Assembly: GCF_026210795.1 (NCBI RefSeq) | Contig: NC_089431.1 | Coordinates: 5,022,001-5,086,000, forward strand | Reading direction: 5' to 3' | Source of the DNA: Rhizophagus irregularis | Lineage: Eukaryota | DNA: 64,000 nucleotides | Shown here: positions 26,069 through 39,440 of the stretch, piece after piece | Position numbering within the stretch: the first letter of the stretch is position 1 | Layout: the number at the start of each line of letters is the position of its first letter | The notes under the pieces: generated by a model | Told to the model about the DNA's origin: nothing | The model's input: only the letters and a program-made list of their open reading frames with translations | The model's database searches: none | Made by a program: the position numbers and the translations under genes

Positions 26069-28265
26069 GTATCCATTGTCACATGTTTTGACAATTGTCA
26101 CGTGTTATTCTGATTAACGATCGGTTTTAAGCTTTTTGCTTTTTTTTTTACTTTATTATTTATCCATATTTCGCGTTCATACTGTAACTATTCTTTCCTT
26201 TAAAACCTTTTAATTCAAATTACTAAAAAAAATTTTATTAATATATTTATCTAGATGAACAATACCCAGAATTTTTCTCATGCAAATATGACGAAAATGA
26301 TAATGAACCCAGCGATATTTACAATGAACCCGAAATGAAAATGTTCAGGAAGAAGCTTTGGATACAAGAAAAACAATGATAACTCATAGTATCACGATTC
26401 ACGAAATTGTCTCATATCTTAGAGAAAGATATATATATGAAGGTACATAATATTATTATTATAGCACTAAGGCTAGAATTAGTACATATGTTATTATCGC
26501 GTTAGGGGTCAGTGCGTGGCGTTATTATTGCGTTAGGGTTAGGTTAGATAAAAGTATATAAATGAAGAAATTTGGGCAATGGCAAATTTATTGTATATTT
26601 ATGTATTATTATTAAAAATTTTACGTTTACATATGTTTACATATTAAATTTACATGATCGCGACAAGTACTGTAGGATGCGCATATTCATTCGTATCAAG
26701 AAAATTTTTTCTTTTTTTATATACGGTAATTTTTTTATTTTGATTTTTTTATTATTGATATGCACTACTGTAGCACCGTAGCATCGATCACTGATCCAAA
26801 CCTAAGGGGTGAAATAATGAAAAAAATTAGCAAAAAAATTAATTAAGAAAAAAAAAATTATAAGAATCGGCACTTAACGTAACACCGCAGCGTCAATCCG
26901 ATTACTAAAAAACAAATAAATTGGGAAATAAACACAATTTAGAATTAATTATAACATTATCAATTTATTATGTCAACGGAAATAATAATATATTAACTAT
27001 TTAGAAAATACAAACAAAATGCTTCAAATATTAGATTTTATTATAAAATACAATACGGCGGTTAAAAATTTTCTTTTTTATTTATCAATTAAATTCAAAA
27101 AAAAAATAGATACTTTATTTTTATTCAAATTATAAGAATTTTTAGAGTAAATTATGAAAATCAATCCTATACGACTTGAAATATTTCAATTTCTCCTATA
27201 ACATCACAATCATCTGTGTTTCTGATCGGTTTTTCATAAGATTCTTTGTGACATTGAATTATTGATCCATTGGTAGCTCGAAGATCTCCATTACCAAATG
27301 ATGGACCCTCGGTGAATCCGTTACAAATGGCATCCTTTTCATTTCTTACACGACTTAAAATAATATCACTATTCTTAAAAGAAAATATAAAGCTATCGTT
27401 GGTAATACCATAACTTCCATCAAATTTCCATTCAATCGGATTATATCCTCCAAGAATTTCGTCACTATCTCTCATTTTATAAATTGTTACGGTTCGGAAT
27501 TGATTATTACAAGCGTTTTGGCACTTCTTAAATCTAAATAACGAACCAAAAAACCCAATGTCATTATGAGAATCACGATATAATAATTTGAATTCATATG
27601 ACTTTTCTGTAGTTTCTAATTTATCGGTCCATTTTGAGATTAATACGGCTTGCTGATTTGTAATGATCTTAGAATCGATAATAATCTCTTTAACAATTTG
27701 AGATTCTGATTTTTTGATTGGTTCGTTATCATTATCCAAAAAATATTCTAACAAATCATTATATAATTCCTTTGGTAAGATTTTTTTATAAGGTTTTACT
27801 TTCTTCAAAAATTCTTTGGAAGTTAAATTACGGAATTTAATCAAAGGAATACATTTTTGTAAAGTATTCTTTAAAGTATTGAAATCAACTTTTGATAAGC
27901 TTGTAGGATCGGAAGGAAGTTCTGGATTTTGTGCAAGTCCCCATTTAATCACACGTTCCCAAACTTGAGTTTCGCTCATTTGATGATTATCGTTCTTAAT
28001 AATCGTAACCAAAAGTATTTCTGGTACTGAAGTGAAACGTGGTGAATTTAATATCTTATTTGGTTCTTTTGAAATAAAATCAGTACAATATTTTTGAAGT
28101 TCTAAAAAAGAATCATTTTCAAAACTTGTTCGATATATCAAATCAAAATTCTGTTCCATCCAATGTTTTTTATTTTCAATCAAAAAGGATTCTAAATAAG
28201 GGATTAATTCCTGAAGTCCTAGTTCATTAGCAGCTATCAAGATTTTAATAATATCTGAGATATTA

Positions 28266-30091
28266 CCGTACAGTTCCGAAATTAAGCAACCCCCGAAAAT
28301 AAGCAACCCCCCAATAATAATAACCTCCGAAAATAAGCAACTCACGAATTTCTGTAATAAAAAATTAATAAATGTAATAAAAAATAATCAACATTGCTAA
28401 AATTAACTTAACAATTCAAAATAAAAGATAATTTTATTATGTATTATAAATGAAAATTATTATAAACTACAGTAGTATTATGGCTATTCATTATTAATTC
28501 ACTATCACTATTCAATGATATCATCATCGGAACTTTCATTGTCAGTAATTTCATCATCAGTTCCATCCAAGGACGTTGAAATCCTACAAGTCTTGAAAGA
28601 CTCAATAACTATTTCATCTGAGATTCTGTCCCAAGCACGTTTGACCCATCCACAAACATCAGATAATCTAGCACGGCGAAAGTTACCTGATGCAGTCATT
28701 CCGGAGCCACCTCCTGCCATCCAGATGTGCCATTCCTTACGAAGATTGTCTTTAAATGGTTTATTAATGGATACATCAAGTGGTTGACATATGCTAGTTA
28801 AACCACCTGGAATAACTGCTAGATCAATACCCCTGTCACGAAATTTGATTTTGACCGATTCTTCAAGATGTCCTCTAAAGGAATCGTATACCATCATTGT
28901 AGGAGCGTTACTGATACCCATTTTCCCCAGATTACTATTAACATAATCAACATAATCCTTCATTAGTTCAGAATCCATCCACCCATTTTGTTGAAACCAA
29001 ACAATGACGCCAGAAGGAATCTGTTCGCCATGTGGTAGCCGTTTTCCCTTAAAGATACAAATTGGTGGAAATTTTGTACCATCTATAGTATAAAAAAATA
29101 GAGTAAGCAATGTTAAAAGTAAGTGATTATAAAATGATCTTACCCGCGGAAACTGTCAAAACAACCGTGAATCGGTTTTTTTCATTGCCAGTTCCGCGAA
29201 TATGAATTGTTTTTTCGCCTCTGTTATCAATAGTAAAATTCCCTGTCATGTCAAACCAAACAGGGGTTTCGTCCATATTAAGGATATTGGACATCTCAAA
29301 TAATTTTTCAGTTCTCAGCCGAGTGACAAACTCTTGAAAGTTTTTCAGCAGCTCATTCGTTTGTGATGGTAGCTTTTGTGAAACTTTAGTACGCCGCCGC
29401 CAAGATAAATTATGTCTTTTCATAAATGCAGAAATCCAACGGTTTGATGTTTTAAATTCATTTATTGAATTTCCATAAAGACTTATCATAGTAGGTTTTT
29501 TTAAAATGTCTAGCATTTTAACTCGTGCAATTGCATATGTGACACCTAATCCCTGCTTTCTTTGCTCAATAATCCAATCGTATAGTTCCTTTTCAGCTTC
29601 TGGGTAAAAGCTTTTTCGACCGGAACCTACCCGTTTGCTGTTTTGGTTTGTTTCGTTTACCCACTTTTCATTTAAATTAACCCAGCGACTAACCATACTC
29701 TTATCAAGTTCAAAAGACTTTGATGCTTTAATTATTCCATTTTCTTTAGCATAAGCAACAACTTGTCTCTTTTGCTCAATAGAATATGAGTTGCGATGTC
29801 GTTTGATAATTTTTTTATTAGCAACTCTTTTACTAACGACCATATTTTGTCTTCTCTTTTTTTGTAACGGCATATCGTGTGGAGAGTTTTAGGAAAAACA
29901 AGATTGCGCGTGACTAATTATTTATCGATCACAGTATTGTGTCACGTTATACCGATCATTTGATCATTTAAATTACAAAAAAACGAACAATTTCTTTCGT
30001 TTTCTTTGGATTTTTATTCAAAAAAAATATATAACCCGAAATTAAGCAACTCTATAATAAAAAAGTGTTGCTTAATTTCGGAACTGTACGG
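28266..30091 (-). mobile_element. pogo-superfamily (Tc1/mariner) DNA transposon, 1826 bp, apparently autonomous
   Basis: Perfect 25-bp TIRs CCGTACAGTTCCGAAATTAAGCAAC, TA TSD (28264-65 / 30092-93), and internal AATTAAGCAAC repeats. Confidence 0.95.
28508..29873 (-). CDS. pogo transposase (HTH + CENP-B-type HTH + DD35D), 434 aa spliced
   Basis: A GT-AG intron at 29083-29143 restores TVSADGTKFPP. Motifs NMDETP, YDSFRGH and QPLDVSIN, with 35 residues between the 2nd and 3rd Asp. Confidence 0.92.
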
Positions 30092-31130
30092 TATATTCCT
30101 CCAAAGAAAATCTACCTCCATAAATATACCTAAAATAGTAATAAAAAAAATTTATGTAAGAAAAAAAATATTTATAACGCATGATGAGAGGTATTCTCAT
30201 TTTTTTTCTTACCTTAAGATTATTTGGAAAGTATCAGGTAAAATACTTGGTAGTTTAATATTTGTCAAAGTTCCATTATTTTTCTTTTTATTAGTTGATA
30301 AAATTCTTCGCAAATAAGAGGAACGATAATTTAAGATAACCATATGAGCACGAAATATTTTTACGTCAGGGTCATTACCAACTTCAATTGTAATATCATA
30401 ATATTCTTCATCATTTAAAATTTCAAGTAAATTTTGTGTTAATTTCGATAAAAGATTGTTATCAATCATTATAAAATAAATGAGAGTGAATTCTCGAAAA
30501 AAAACATAATTATAAACCTTATTTATACGATTTGAAGATCATTTCAATGAATGCATATCAGATATAGTACATCATGTTCAGATCAACTAATTTTGGCATG
30601 TTCGGGTTTAACAACGTTCATGCTAATTGTTTAAGTACATGAATATTGCAGATTTACCCTCGCCACTAATTCAAAACGATCGAATCATCGAAATTGTTTT
30701 TTTTTTAATTGTTATTAGTAATATATCACAATAATCACATGTTATCCCAGTTCCTAGTTAAAATCCGGGAATTTTTTTCTTGATATTCTCATGGGTGGTG
30801 TTTATTTAAAAAGATTGGTAAAAAGTCTATCTTTATGGTACGGATACCGTGATATATTTCATGGAGTAATATCATGAATTTCACGGCACAGCCGTAAAAA
30901 TCATTGATACCTACAGTTCCCCGTGAAATAACTGTTACTTATATCACAAGACACTTCAAATTTATAGAGGTATCATGTTTTTGATTTTTAAAAATATTTT
31001 ATTTTTAATCGAGATTTTTTTTATATACAAGATAATGATGAGTTACCGGTAAATACAAATATTGATATATAAAAATATACTTAAATAAATAATGAAAAAA
31101 AAAAAATCTGAAAATAAATTTAAATACATC

Positions 31131-32825
31131 TTATAAAATTTGAAATACTTCAAAATCTTCATAAAACATTTCGCCATTTCTTCTAATCTCTCCATAAGAA
31201 TTTTTCTTATAATGAATTTTTAAATCGCTCATAAAAGTTTGGTATAAAAGCAAGTCACTATTACCAAATGATGGTCCGTACTCATAAGAAGAACCGTTAA
31301 ATATAGCTTTATCTTCATTCATTACACGACCTAATTTAAAATTTTCAATCCGACCATTATGAAAAGAAAATATAAAACTATCATTAGTTTCGCCATAACT
31401 ACCATCAAATTTCCATTCAATTGGATTATATCCTCCAAGTATTTCATTACTATCCATCACTTTAATAAATGTTACAGTGCGATATTGATCTTTACAAATC
31501 TCGTGGCACTTTTTAAATCTATTAAGCAATCCACTAGACCCATCATGAGAATCACGATATAATAATTTGAATTCATGCGAAATTGTTGGATCGTCTGCTA
31601 TTTCTAATTTACCAATCCATTTTGAAATACATTCAGCATGTTGATTTGTAATGATTTTAGAATCAATATTTTTTGATTTAGTCTTTTTGACAGTACGAGG
31701 TTCTGGTTTTTTAATCGGACCGCTATCAAACTCTACAACAGTACGCACACGAGGTTCTGATTTTTTGATCGGACCGCTATCAATCTCTACAACAGTACGT
31801 AGTTTAACAACATGAGGTTCTGATTTTTTGATCGGACCGCTATCAATCTCTACAACAGTACGTGGTTTAACAACACGAGGTTCTGATTTTTTAATTAGAG
31901 TCTTATCGTCATTATTATCCAAGAAATATTTTAATAAATCACTACGTAATTCTTTTGGTAAGATTTTCTTATAAGGTATTACTTTCTTAGAAAATTCTTT
32001 GGAAGTTAAATCATGGAATCTAATGAGAGGAATAAAATGTTGTAGGGTATTCTTTAAAACATTGAATTCTTCTTTTGAAAAGTCTGCCGGGTCAGAAGAA
32101 AGTTCTGGATTTTGAGCAAGTCCCCATTCAATCACGTGATCCCAAACTTGAATTTCGCTCATTTGAAGATTATCATTCTGAATAAGCGTAATTAAAAGCC
32201 TTTTTGGAATCGAAGAGAAATTTGGTGACCCAAATATTTTATTTGGTTCCTTGAAAATTAAATCAGTACAATACTTTTGAAGTTCTAAAAAAGAATCATT
32301 TTCAAAGCTTGTTTGATATACCAAATCAAAATTCTGCTCCAACCAATTTTTTTTATTTTCAATTAAAAAGGATTCCAAATAGGGAATTAATTCACGAAGA
32401 TGTAATTCATTGGCTGCAACCAAGACTTTAATGATATCTGAAACATCATATTTTTTCAAAGAAATTCTTCCTCCGTAAATATACCTATAATAATCGTAAG
32501 GTTTGTAAAAAAATATATTTTTCACACGGAAATGAATTTTTTTTTAATTAATTAATTTTTCTTACTTTAAGATAATTTGAAAAATTTCAGGTAAGATATT
32601 TGGTAATTTAATATGTGCCAAAGCTCCATTATTTTTATCTTCGTTATTTGATGATAAGATTCTTCGCAAATAAGGAGAACGATAATTCAAAATAACCATA
32701 TGAGCGCGAAAGGCTTTCACGTAGGATTTATTACCAACTTCAATCGTAATATCATAATATTCGTCATCATCTAACATTTCGAGTAGATTTTCTGATAATC
32801 TTGGTAATAACTTGTTATCGCCCAT
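31131..32825 (-). CDS. BTB-BACK-TLDc protein, copy 3, with tandem-repeat linker
   Basis: ATG at 32825 (MGDNKLL), intron at 32485-32565, open exon 2 with TLDc motifs. Confidence 0.9.
31690..31896 (-). repeat. Coding tandem repeat (63/63/54 bp plus a partial unit)
   Basis: IKKSEPRVVKPRTVVEIDSGP-type units, about 3.5 copies, in the BACK-TLDc linker. Confidence 0.9.
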
Positions 32826-34639
32826 TATTAATTTATTTTTTTCTTTCAAAAAAAAAGAAAGAAAGAAAGTGGGTGGGAAATTTTTTAAAAAACCAATCCT
32901 AATTTGTTAATACAGTATTTATGGTTTGGATTGGTCATTCGAATTCTGAACAAACTGATTCTTTCTTTATTTGGCTTGAGGTCCCACAAAGTCAGCCATG
33001 CAAATCTTCCTAAAATTAATTGTCACATGACCATAAAAATCGGCATAATTACGAGAATTCAGGTGATTCAAACTACTAGGAGCTTTTTTTTGAGAAAGTT
33101 TATATGTGAATATGAAAATCACACTAAAACTTTTTTTTTCATGGTAAAGGATCATCTTACCATCCTTTATTAGGGTGTCACAGTCGTGACAACTGTACCA
33201 CCGAATAATTTATTGGAGATTTTTATTGTTACACAACAATCGGATTTTTAAACAGTAAACTTCATAATGTTATGTTTGCTTTTTGTTCAAGATCATTATT
33301 CATCATTCATCTGTGTTGAGTGCTTGGTTAATCTCAAGAATACTTTTTTCTTGGTTGCTCTTGGTTTATTTACAGAAAGTTGGCTTGCTCTACGTGAGCT
33401 CTACGTGACTGAATCTTTCTTCGAGATTTTCTGCATTTTATTTATTATACTAATTAACATACTTAAAATGTTTTACATAATTATTAAAACGTGAATTTAC
33501 TTTCAGAATTTTACAGCAAGTCTGTAGATAGGTTAAGAACAAAGTTACGTATAAAATTTAGTTTGGATAACCTCGTATATTTTGCAAATATTTTCTTTTT
33601 AAGAAGAAATGTCAACCCATTTTTAAAATCTTTAGGAAAACGATAATTACCTTACAATAGCTCTTAAGAGTAGTTTCTAACCAAAAGAAAGAATAATAAT
33701 AAATATGGTGTTCGTGGGAATCTTTTAGGGACTTTATTTTTTTATTAATATCAATTTTAAGCTTTGTGTAACAATAAAATTTCAATTTTTATAGCTAGTT
33801 GGGATACTTCATTCAAATAACAATATTTTCCAAATTCATATAAAAGTTATATTACTTTTTCCAATTTTTCAGTAATTGAGCTAATTTCATTGCTTGAAAC
33901 AGTTAATATAAGTATCTGACTTGACATGTTCGGATCTCTATCCCCTTCAACTTTCAATTCTAGAATTCCAGTTCGAAATTCAAGTCCAGGAGTCGTCCCT
34001 AAAGAAAAAAAAAATGTAAAGAAACATTGTTAAAAGTTTTACTAATATTCCTAATTCCTGTAATTTCCAACGCCTACCTCCGAAATACATTTCCAGACGT
34101 TCAGGAGGTACCTAAAGAAAAAAATAAATGAAAAGTTAGTCAAAGTTCTACTTACTAACTTTTCTTAAATCCTATTGTTACGAACTTTTCTTTTCAACAT
34201 GTGTATTGTAGAATTTAAATGGACTTTTCCAAAAAAAAGTACTGTTATTTCATTAATATGTTTATTCACAGAATAGTGAATCATCATAATAGTCTTATAA
34301 TTTAACAATTTCAAAAAAAAGTAATTGTGTTTAAGATTACAGGGATTTATTATAGTATAACGTTATTATTATCTTATATTTATTTTCATATATACCATAT
34401 CCTGATTACTTTAAGTATTTGTTACAAAATTATTAACTATATACAGCAATTAATGGAAAAAATATAGTAATAAAGCGAAACGTTTCACTACCATGTGATT
34501 CGTAATTATCAGTGGCGTCAAACAATATTTGTCAATTGTCATGTTATTTGTCATGTGAACTTGTGAATTTTATGGGAAATGAATAATCTAATATTCAAAT
34601 AATAATCTTTTTTTATTCTTTGCACTTCTGCGACATCTT

Positions 34640-35150
34640 TTAGCATCAGGTTTCCATTTTGAAACGAAATCGTAATATATCTTGAGCTAAAAAAAATTCA
34701 TTTATCTATTGTTTTGCATGATTTAAATCGATATGGAATACTGTATTCCTACTCCCCTAGAATTTATGTTTTCAGAATTATTAAGTTCCTTAAGAACAAT
34801 TGTTATTCTTCCATAATAGTAATATAATAGTCATACTTTTGCTTTCATCCGATTATTTATTGAACCATCAATCCAAGTAGCCATATAAATTTTGCTAAAC
34901 CTCCTTCGGCAATAAATCCTACATCCTTAAATCTATCGTAGTAATTATTTATCATGCCTTTATAAAATCATCAATAACTTTATCATTTTTACTTTGTAAC
35001 ATTGGTAGCAAATCTGATCAATTTTATTTCTACGTTTGTATTCATTACATTTCTTAAATATTGGTTCAAAATGTAGTTTGTATCGGATGTATTAAATCCT
35101 AACGAGTATCATGGATTCTAATTATTTTAAATTATTTTTCTTTAATAAAA
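34640..35150 (-). pseudogene. Eroded TKL kinase N-lobe fragment
   Basis: Reverse strand gives YDRFKDVGFIAEG, FSKIYMATWIDG and IVLKELNNSENI, with indels. Confidence 0.65.
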
Positions 35151-35956
35151 ATTCTAATAAATAATCATTAAAAATTGCAACTAGTTTTTAATATGTTTTC
35201 CTAAATTTGATTTAAATAAATAAATAAATAATATGAAATATTTACCATTACTGTCATGAGTTTTAATATATCTTCTATTTTTAAAAGAGTTGAAAATTTT
35301 GAATTGTAAAAAACTTAAATCCTGTGATTTTTGACCAAACCGTTAAAAAAACATGATATTTTAAAAAAATCCAATTTTTCTTAAAAAAATTTTTGGCCAG
35401 ACAATTTAACTGTTTACAATATTCATTAAATAATCCATCAAAGCAGAAAAATAAAAATTTTGTTATTATTTTTTTTCGATATCTTTATATTATTTTATTA
35501 ATGTTAAGAAAAAAACTAACTTCTAATATATACTTTTTAAAAAAATTCGGTTTTTTTTTTTGAAAAAAAAAAAGTTGACTGATAAAATTCTTATTCGAAA
35601 AAAAGATATTTATAATTTTTTTTTTTAAAAAAAAAAGATTTATCATTTTGTTTCGAACGTACAACAGAATAATATAATTCCGGGGAATTCCATTCTCAAA
35701 TCTATTCCTAACTCCCATTAGTCTTTTCTTTACGTCTTCCTTTAGTATGTAGGTTGGGAGTATGGGTTTATGTGTGGGTTTACAGTAACCTTCATAATGT
35801 TTGTAGATACAATTTTTTAATTTTGGTTACCATGAAGGCGCAGCAATAATTCTCGGAAAAATTATTTTCGATATGGTTAGTATAAATTCTTGTTGTACAA
35901 ATAAGGTTTCGTTAGAAAAAAATTTTTTTTTTTCTTTTGAAAATTTTTTTCAAGCA

Positions 35957-37387
35957 ATGATGAGAGGAATTTCATTAGAACAAGATTTAAGATTATTAAT
36001 AAATAATCCAAAGTATAGTGATATAGAAATTTTATGTAAGGATGAAAAGAAGTTATATGGTTGCAGAGCAATTTTAGCAGCAAGATCTGAAGTATTTGAT
36101 AAATTAATTTATAATGGGATGAAGGAAAGTTGTGAAAAACAAATTTCTTTACAAGAGATTAATAATAATATTTCTTTACCAGAGATTAATTCCATTGGAA
36201 TGGAGATCGTATTAGAATATATTTATACAGGATCAATTAAAGAAGAATTTTTAACAAAAGATAATATAATTGAAGCTTTTTATGCTGCAAATTATTTTCA
36301 ATTAACGGAACTTCAAGATTTTATTACGAAAACTTCTAAAAATGCAATAGAAAAAAATTTCAAAGATAATGATTCACCGGAATTATTATCTAAATTTGTG
36401 GAAAAAAATATTCTAACAGAAAATAGTAATCTTCAAAATTTATTGGTTGAAGCAGTAGCAACTATTCCACTAAATATCATTGAATTTGGTCGTTTATCTA
36501 TTACAGGTCTTCAATATCTTTTATCCTGTACTAGTAAAGAAAGAATGCCTTTTGCAACACCAGAATATGAAGTTCTTCGATATAGTGTTATCCTCGTAGC
36601 AAAACAAGTTTCTAATGATGCATATAAAACTTTTATGGAACGGTTACCAACTTTAGAAAAGTTAGAACAGATAAAAAATCCTCGAATAGAAAATAAATTT
36701 ATGACCCAAAAAGTCGCTAAAGAATTGGAGCCTTTAGTTAAATTTATTGATTTCATGCGAATTGAAGGGCAAATTTTGGTCGATATCATTGAACCATTAG
36801 AAATTATCTCTCCAGAAATAATTTTTGATGTTTATCGACAAAAGACTAGATTAAGCAAATCCGATTTAAATAATATACGTGGAATACCAATACCAACTTG
36901 TGTTTGGGATGAGTCAGAATGTGGAGCAAGTATTCTTATTGAGGAGAATGGAAAAATTGCATGTTTACAAGAGAAAACTGATTCATGGAGAAATGTTAGA
37001 GCTAAAATGATACTAGAAGATAATGGCATTTTTGAATGGGATGTCATTGTGGAGAAAGCTGGTTCGGATGCTTGGGTTGGAGTATGTGCATCAGAAAATT
37101 TAAATTATGGATTTTGGGCAGGAAGGCAACCAACTGGATGGGTATTAGGTATCAAGGGTATTTATAGAACTTCTGATAAAGGATCAAGTTATTGTCCACC
37201 ATTCGGAGATGGCGCAATAATTACTGTTCATATGGATATGAATAAAAGAACTTGTGCCTTTACAGTTAATGGTACTAGGTATCAGGAAGTATCAGAATGG
37301 AATAATTTACCATCTAAGCTTTATCCAGTAGTATCACTTGGTCATTTTGCTAAACTTCGAATTCAGCCTCACCGAAAAAATGGTTAA
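35957..37387 (+). CDS. BTB/POZ + C-terminal SPRY/concanavalin-A-like beta-sandwich protein, single exon
   Basis: YSDIEILC..LYGCRAILAARSEVF, LEYIYTG, then GIFEWDVIVE, WVGVC, ITVHMDM..TCAFTVNG and LYPVVSL. Probable start MMRG at 35957 (ORF open from 35873). Confidence 0.88.
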   Translation: MMRGISLEQDLRLLINNPKYSDIEILCKDEKKLYGCRAILAARSEVFDKLIYNGMKESCEKQISLQEINNNISLPEINSIGMEIVLEYIYTGSIKEEFLTKDNIIEAFYAANYFQLTELQDFITKTSKNAIEKNFKDNDSPELLSKFVEKNILTENSNLQNLLVEAVATIPLNIIEFGRLSITGLQYLLSCTSKERMPFATPEYEVLRYSVILVAKQVSNDAYKTFMERLPTLEKLEQIKNPRIENKFMTQKVAKELEPLVKFIDFMRIEGQILVDIIEPLEIISPEIIFDVYRQKTRLSKSDLNNIRGIPIPTCVWDESECGASILIEENGKIACLQEKTDSWRNVRAKMILEDNGIFEWDVIVEKAGSDAWVGVCASENLNYGFWAGRQPTGWVLGIKGIYRTSDKGSSYCPPFGDGAIITVHMDMNKRTCAFTVNGTRYQEVSEWNNLPSKLYPVVSLGHFAKLRIQPHRKNG

Positions 37388-37686
37388 TTTACGTCGTCAT
37401 TTTATATATACTTTTTGATTATTATTTGTTTTGTATTAAAATTAGCAAAGTAGTAATAAATTTTCTAAAATTTTATTTATTATGAATTTTAGAGCTTACT
37501 TACAATGTTTTGAAATGCGAATATTATGAATAATGTTGCTAAACAGTCAGAGCAATTAATTAATTAATTAATTCTCCAGCTGCTGATAATTACACCGCTA
37601 AAAGATTTGTTGATTATTATAAATTAAATATAAAAAAGGAAAAGTCCGAATGTTGTAATTAAATCTATAATAAATTTTTTGATAAA

Positions 37687-37800
37687 TCTATATAAATAAA
37701 AAATTTGTCTGACATTTGGATTAGTCTCCATAACTTGAAATCCCATGCCATATAATTAAAATCCGTGACATGCCTCTGCCTGATCTATTTATGGTCAAGA
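37687..37800 (+). mobile_element. Possible Helitron 5' end fragment
   Basis: A|TCTATATAAATAAAAAATTTGTCTG resembles a Helitron 5'-TC start. No matching 3' end identified. Confidence 0.3.
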
Positions 37801-38091
37801 ATTATTCAATCCATATGAACTAATCCAATTTCAGTTAATGAAATTTTACCTGAATTTTTTTTTGATTATTAATTTTGATTTTTCACTTTTCGACCTGTGT
37901 TATTAGTTTTTTAATAAAGTTCATTTTCATTTTTGTAGGTCTAAGACACTGAAGGTATATGCCTCAAATTCAATTTAAAGAAAAAAAATGTTTTTTAATT
38001 TTTCATTTTTTTTTAAACTGAAATTTTTTTTTTATATTAAATAATCCTATTGTTTCAGTCTTTTAAGACTGGTTTTTTTTATATTATTTTT

Positions 38092-38447
38092 GAGTATTGC
38101 TAATCTTAACCGGGGGGATAATTCCTCCCCCCTTAAGAATTTAAAGAAAATAAACTTTTTTTATGAAATATACAAAATAAATATAATTGGATACTAATTG
38201 CATAAAAATTTGGCAATTCTTGGTTTTAAAAAATTTTTTATCATGAAAAATACAATTTAACTATAAAAATCAAAATTATGTACTTTTCTCAAAAACCATC
38301 TGAACAACTAACTTAATAAAACCTTTTCTTCTCATAAATTTACATATAATCCTATTCTTAGATTACTATGCAAGTCAATATTTTAATTAAAAATTGAAAT
38401 AAAGGGAGAGGGAGGAAAATTCCCCCAGGTTAAGTTTAGTAATTCTC
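38092..38447. mobile_element. MITE with GAG..CTC termini (Mutator-like?)
   Basis: ~38-bp imperfect TIRs GAG(T/A)ATT(G/A)CTAA.CTTAACC.GGGGGA..TTCCTCCC. TTATTTTT on both flanks (TSD length ambiguous within the poly-T). Confidence 0.75.
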
Positions 38448-38707
38448 TTATTTTTTTTTGATTTTTTTTCAGTATTATTTTTTTTTTTTTGGGGCCAAAA
38501 TATTGTTCTTTATTTTCAGAATTTTTTTCAGTACTTATTTTTTTTCGAATTCCCTTTTTTTTAGAAATTTCCCTTTTTTAAGCTGATTTCTTTCCCCAAA
38601 ATTTTTTTTTATTTTTTTCTTTTTCCTTCAATTTTTTATTATTATTAAATAAAGAAATAAAATATTATATTAAATATATTTACAAAATTATTATTTTTTT
38701 AAAAAAA

Positions 38708-39440
38708 TCAATATATAGGAAAATTGACCGACGTTAATAGAAAGATTATTAAGATTTTTCAATTAAATTAAATGCTGGATAAATAGTTTGAAGAAATTGT
38801 TAATTTAATAATAAATTATTATAACCAAATCCATATCCAAAATTCTCTAGTAAATAAATACCAGATTTTGAATAAAGATTTTAATTCAAATGATATAGTT
38901 AAATTAATAATTTATTGAGTAAAATGAGTATCAAAAAAATAATAAATGGAATAAACAGATTCTAATACATTTAATTGTTCAAATATTTTCCTAAGTTGGT
39001 TATAAGTTTAAGATTGATGTAATATAAAATAAATTATAAAATTTATAATTAATTAATAAAATATTTGTAATATTGTTTTTACTTCAAATCACCGGGGGTG
39101 ACCAGAATTATCAAATTTTAACGGCACTATATTTTTTAATGCTGGTCGATTGTCATAATTTCAGTCACCGGTGATCTGATAGTTAGAAAAATTCTATAAT
39201 ATTAAGTTTTTTTGAAAATTTCATTCTACACTCAAACATACATTATTATAAATAAATATAATTTATATCATTAATACATATTATTTTATTATTTTTTGTT
39301 AACAATTATTATCATATTAAATATCTAATTATAAACAAAAAACTACTATAACCATCTTTAATTTACTTAGTATTACATTATAATACTTTCTATTTAAACA
39401 AACTCATTGATCCCAGTGTGAAGCAACAGGTGACTGCTAG
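38708..39440 (+). mobile_element. Non-autonomous Helitron-like element
   Basis: 5' A|TCAATATATAGGAAAATTGACCGAC; 3' degenerate hairpin CCCAGTGTGAAGCAACAGG followed by CTAG|T; no TSD. Confidence 0.55.

Larger units (their letters stand above)
27167..30469 (-). pseudogene. BTB-BACK-TLDc gene, copy 2, disrupted by a pogo insertion in exon 2
   Basis: Exon 1 at 30213-30469, intron at 30130-30212. Exon 2 rejoins as LEEYNISDII after removing 28266-30091 and one TA. TLDc motifs GGYNP, DSFIFSF, GPSFG and EIFQV. Confidence 0.9.

Noticed and set aside
26495..26550. TTAGGG telomere-like repeats
   Set aside because: Only 2-3 imperfect units inside a degenerate repeat; not a telomere array.
27167..28345. 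392-aa ORF with a hydrophobic N-terminus (MSCLFSEVIIIGGLLIFGGCL) as a secreted protein
   Set aside because: The N-terminus is read from the pogo TIR and subterminal repeats fused to BTB exon 2; it is an insertion artefact unless transcripts show otherwise.
30839..30897. Small TACGG..CCGTA inverted repeat as a MITE
   Set aside because: Arms are imperfect, and no TSD or second copy is visible.
33880..34200. Intron-like micro-exon relics here and at 44200-44600
   Set aside because: Splice-like signals are present but no coherent reading frame could be reconstructed; left unannotated.
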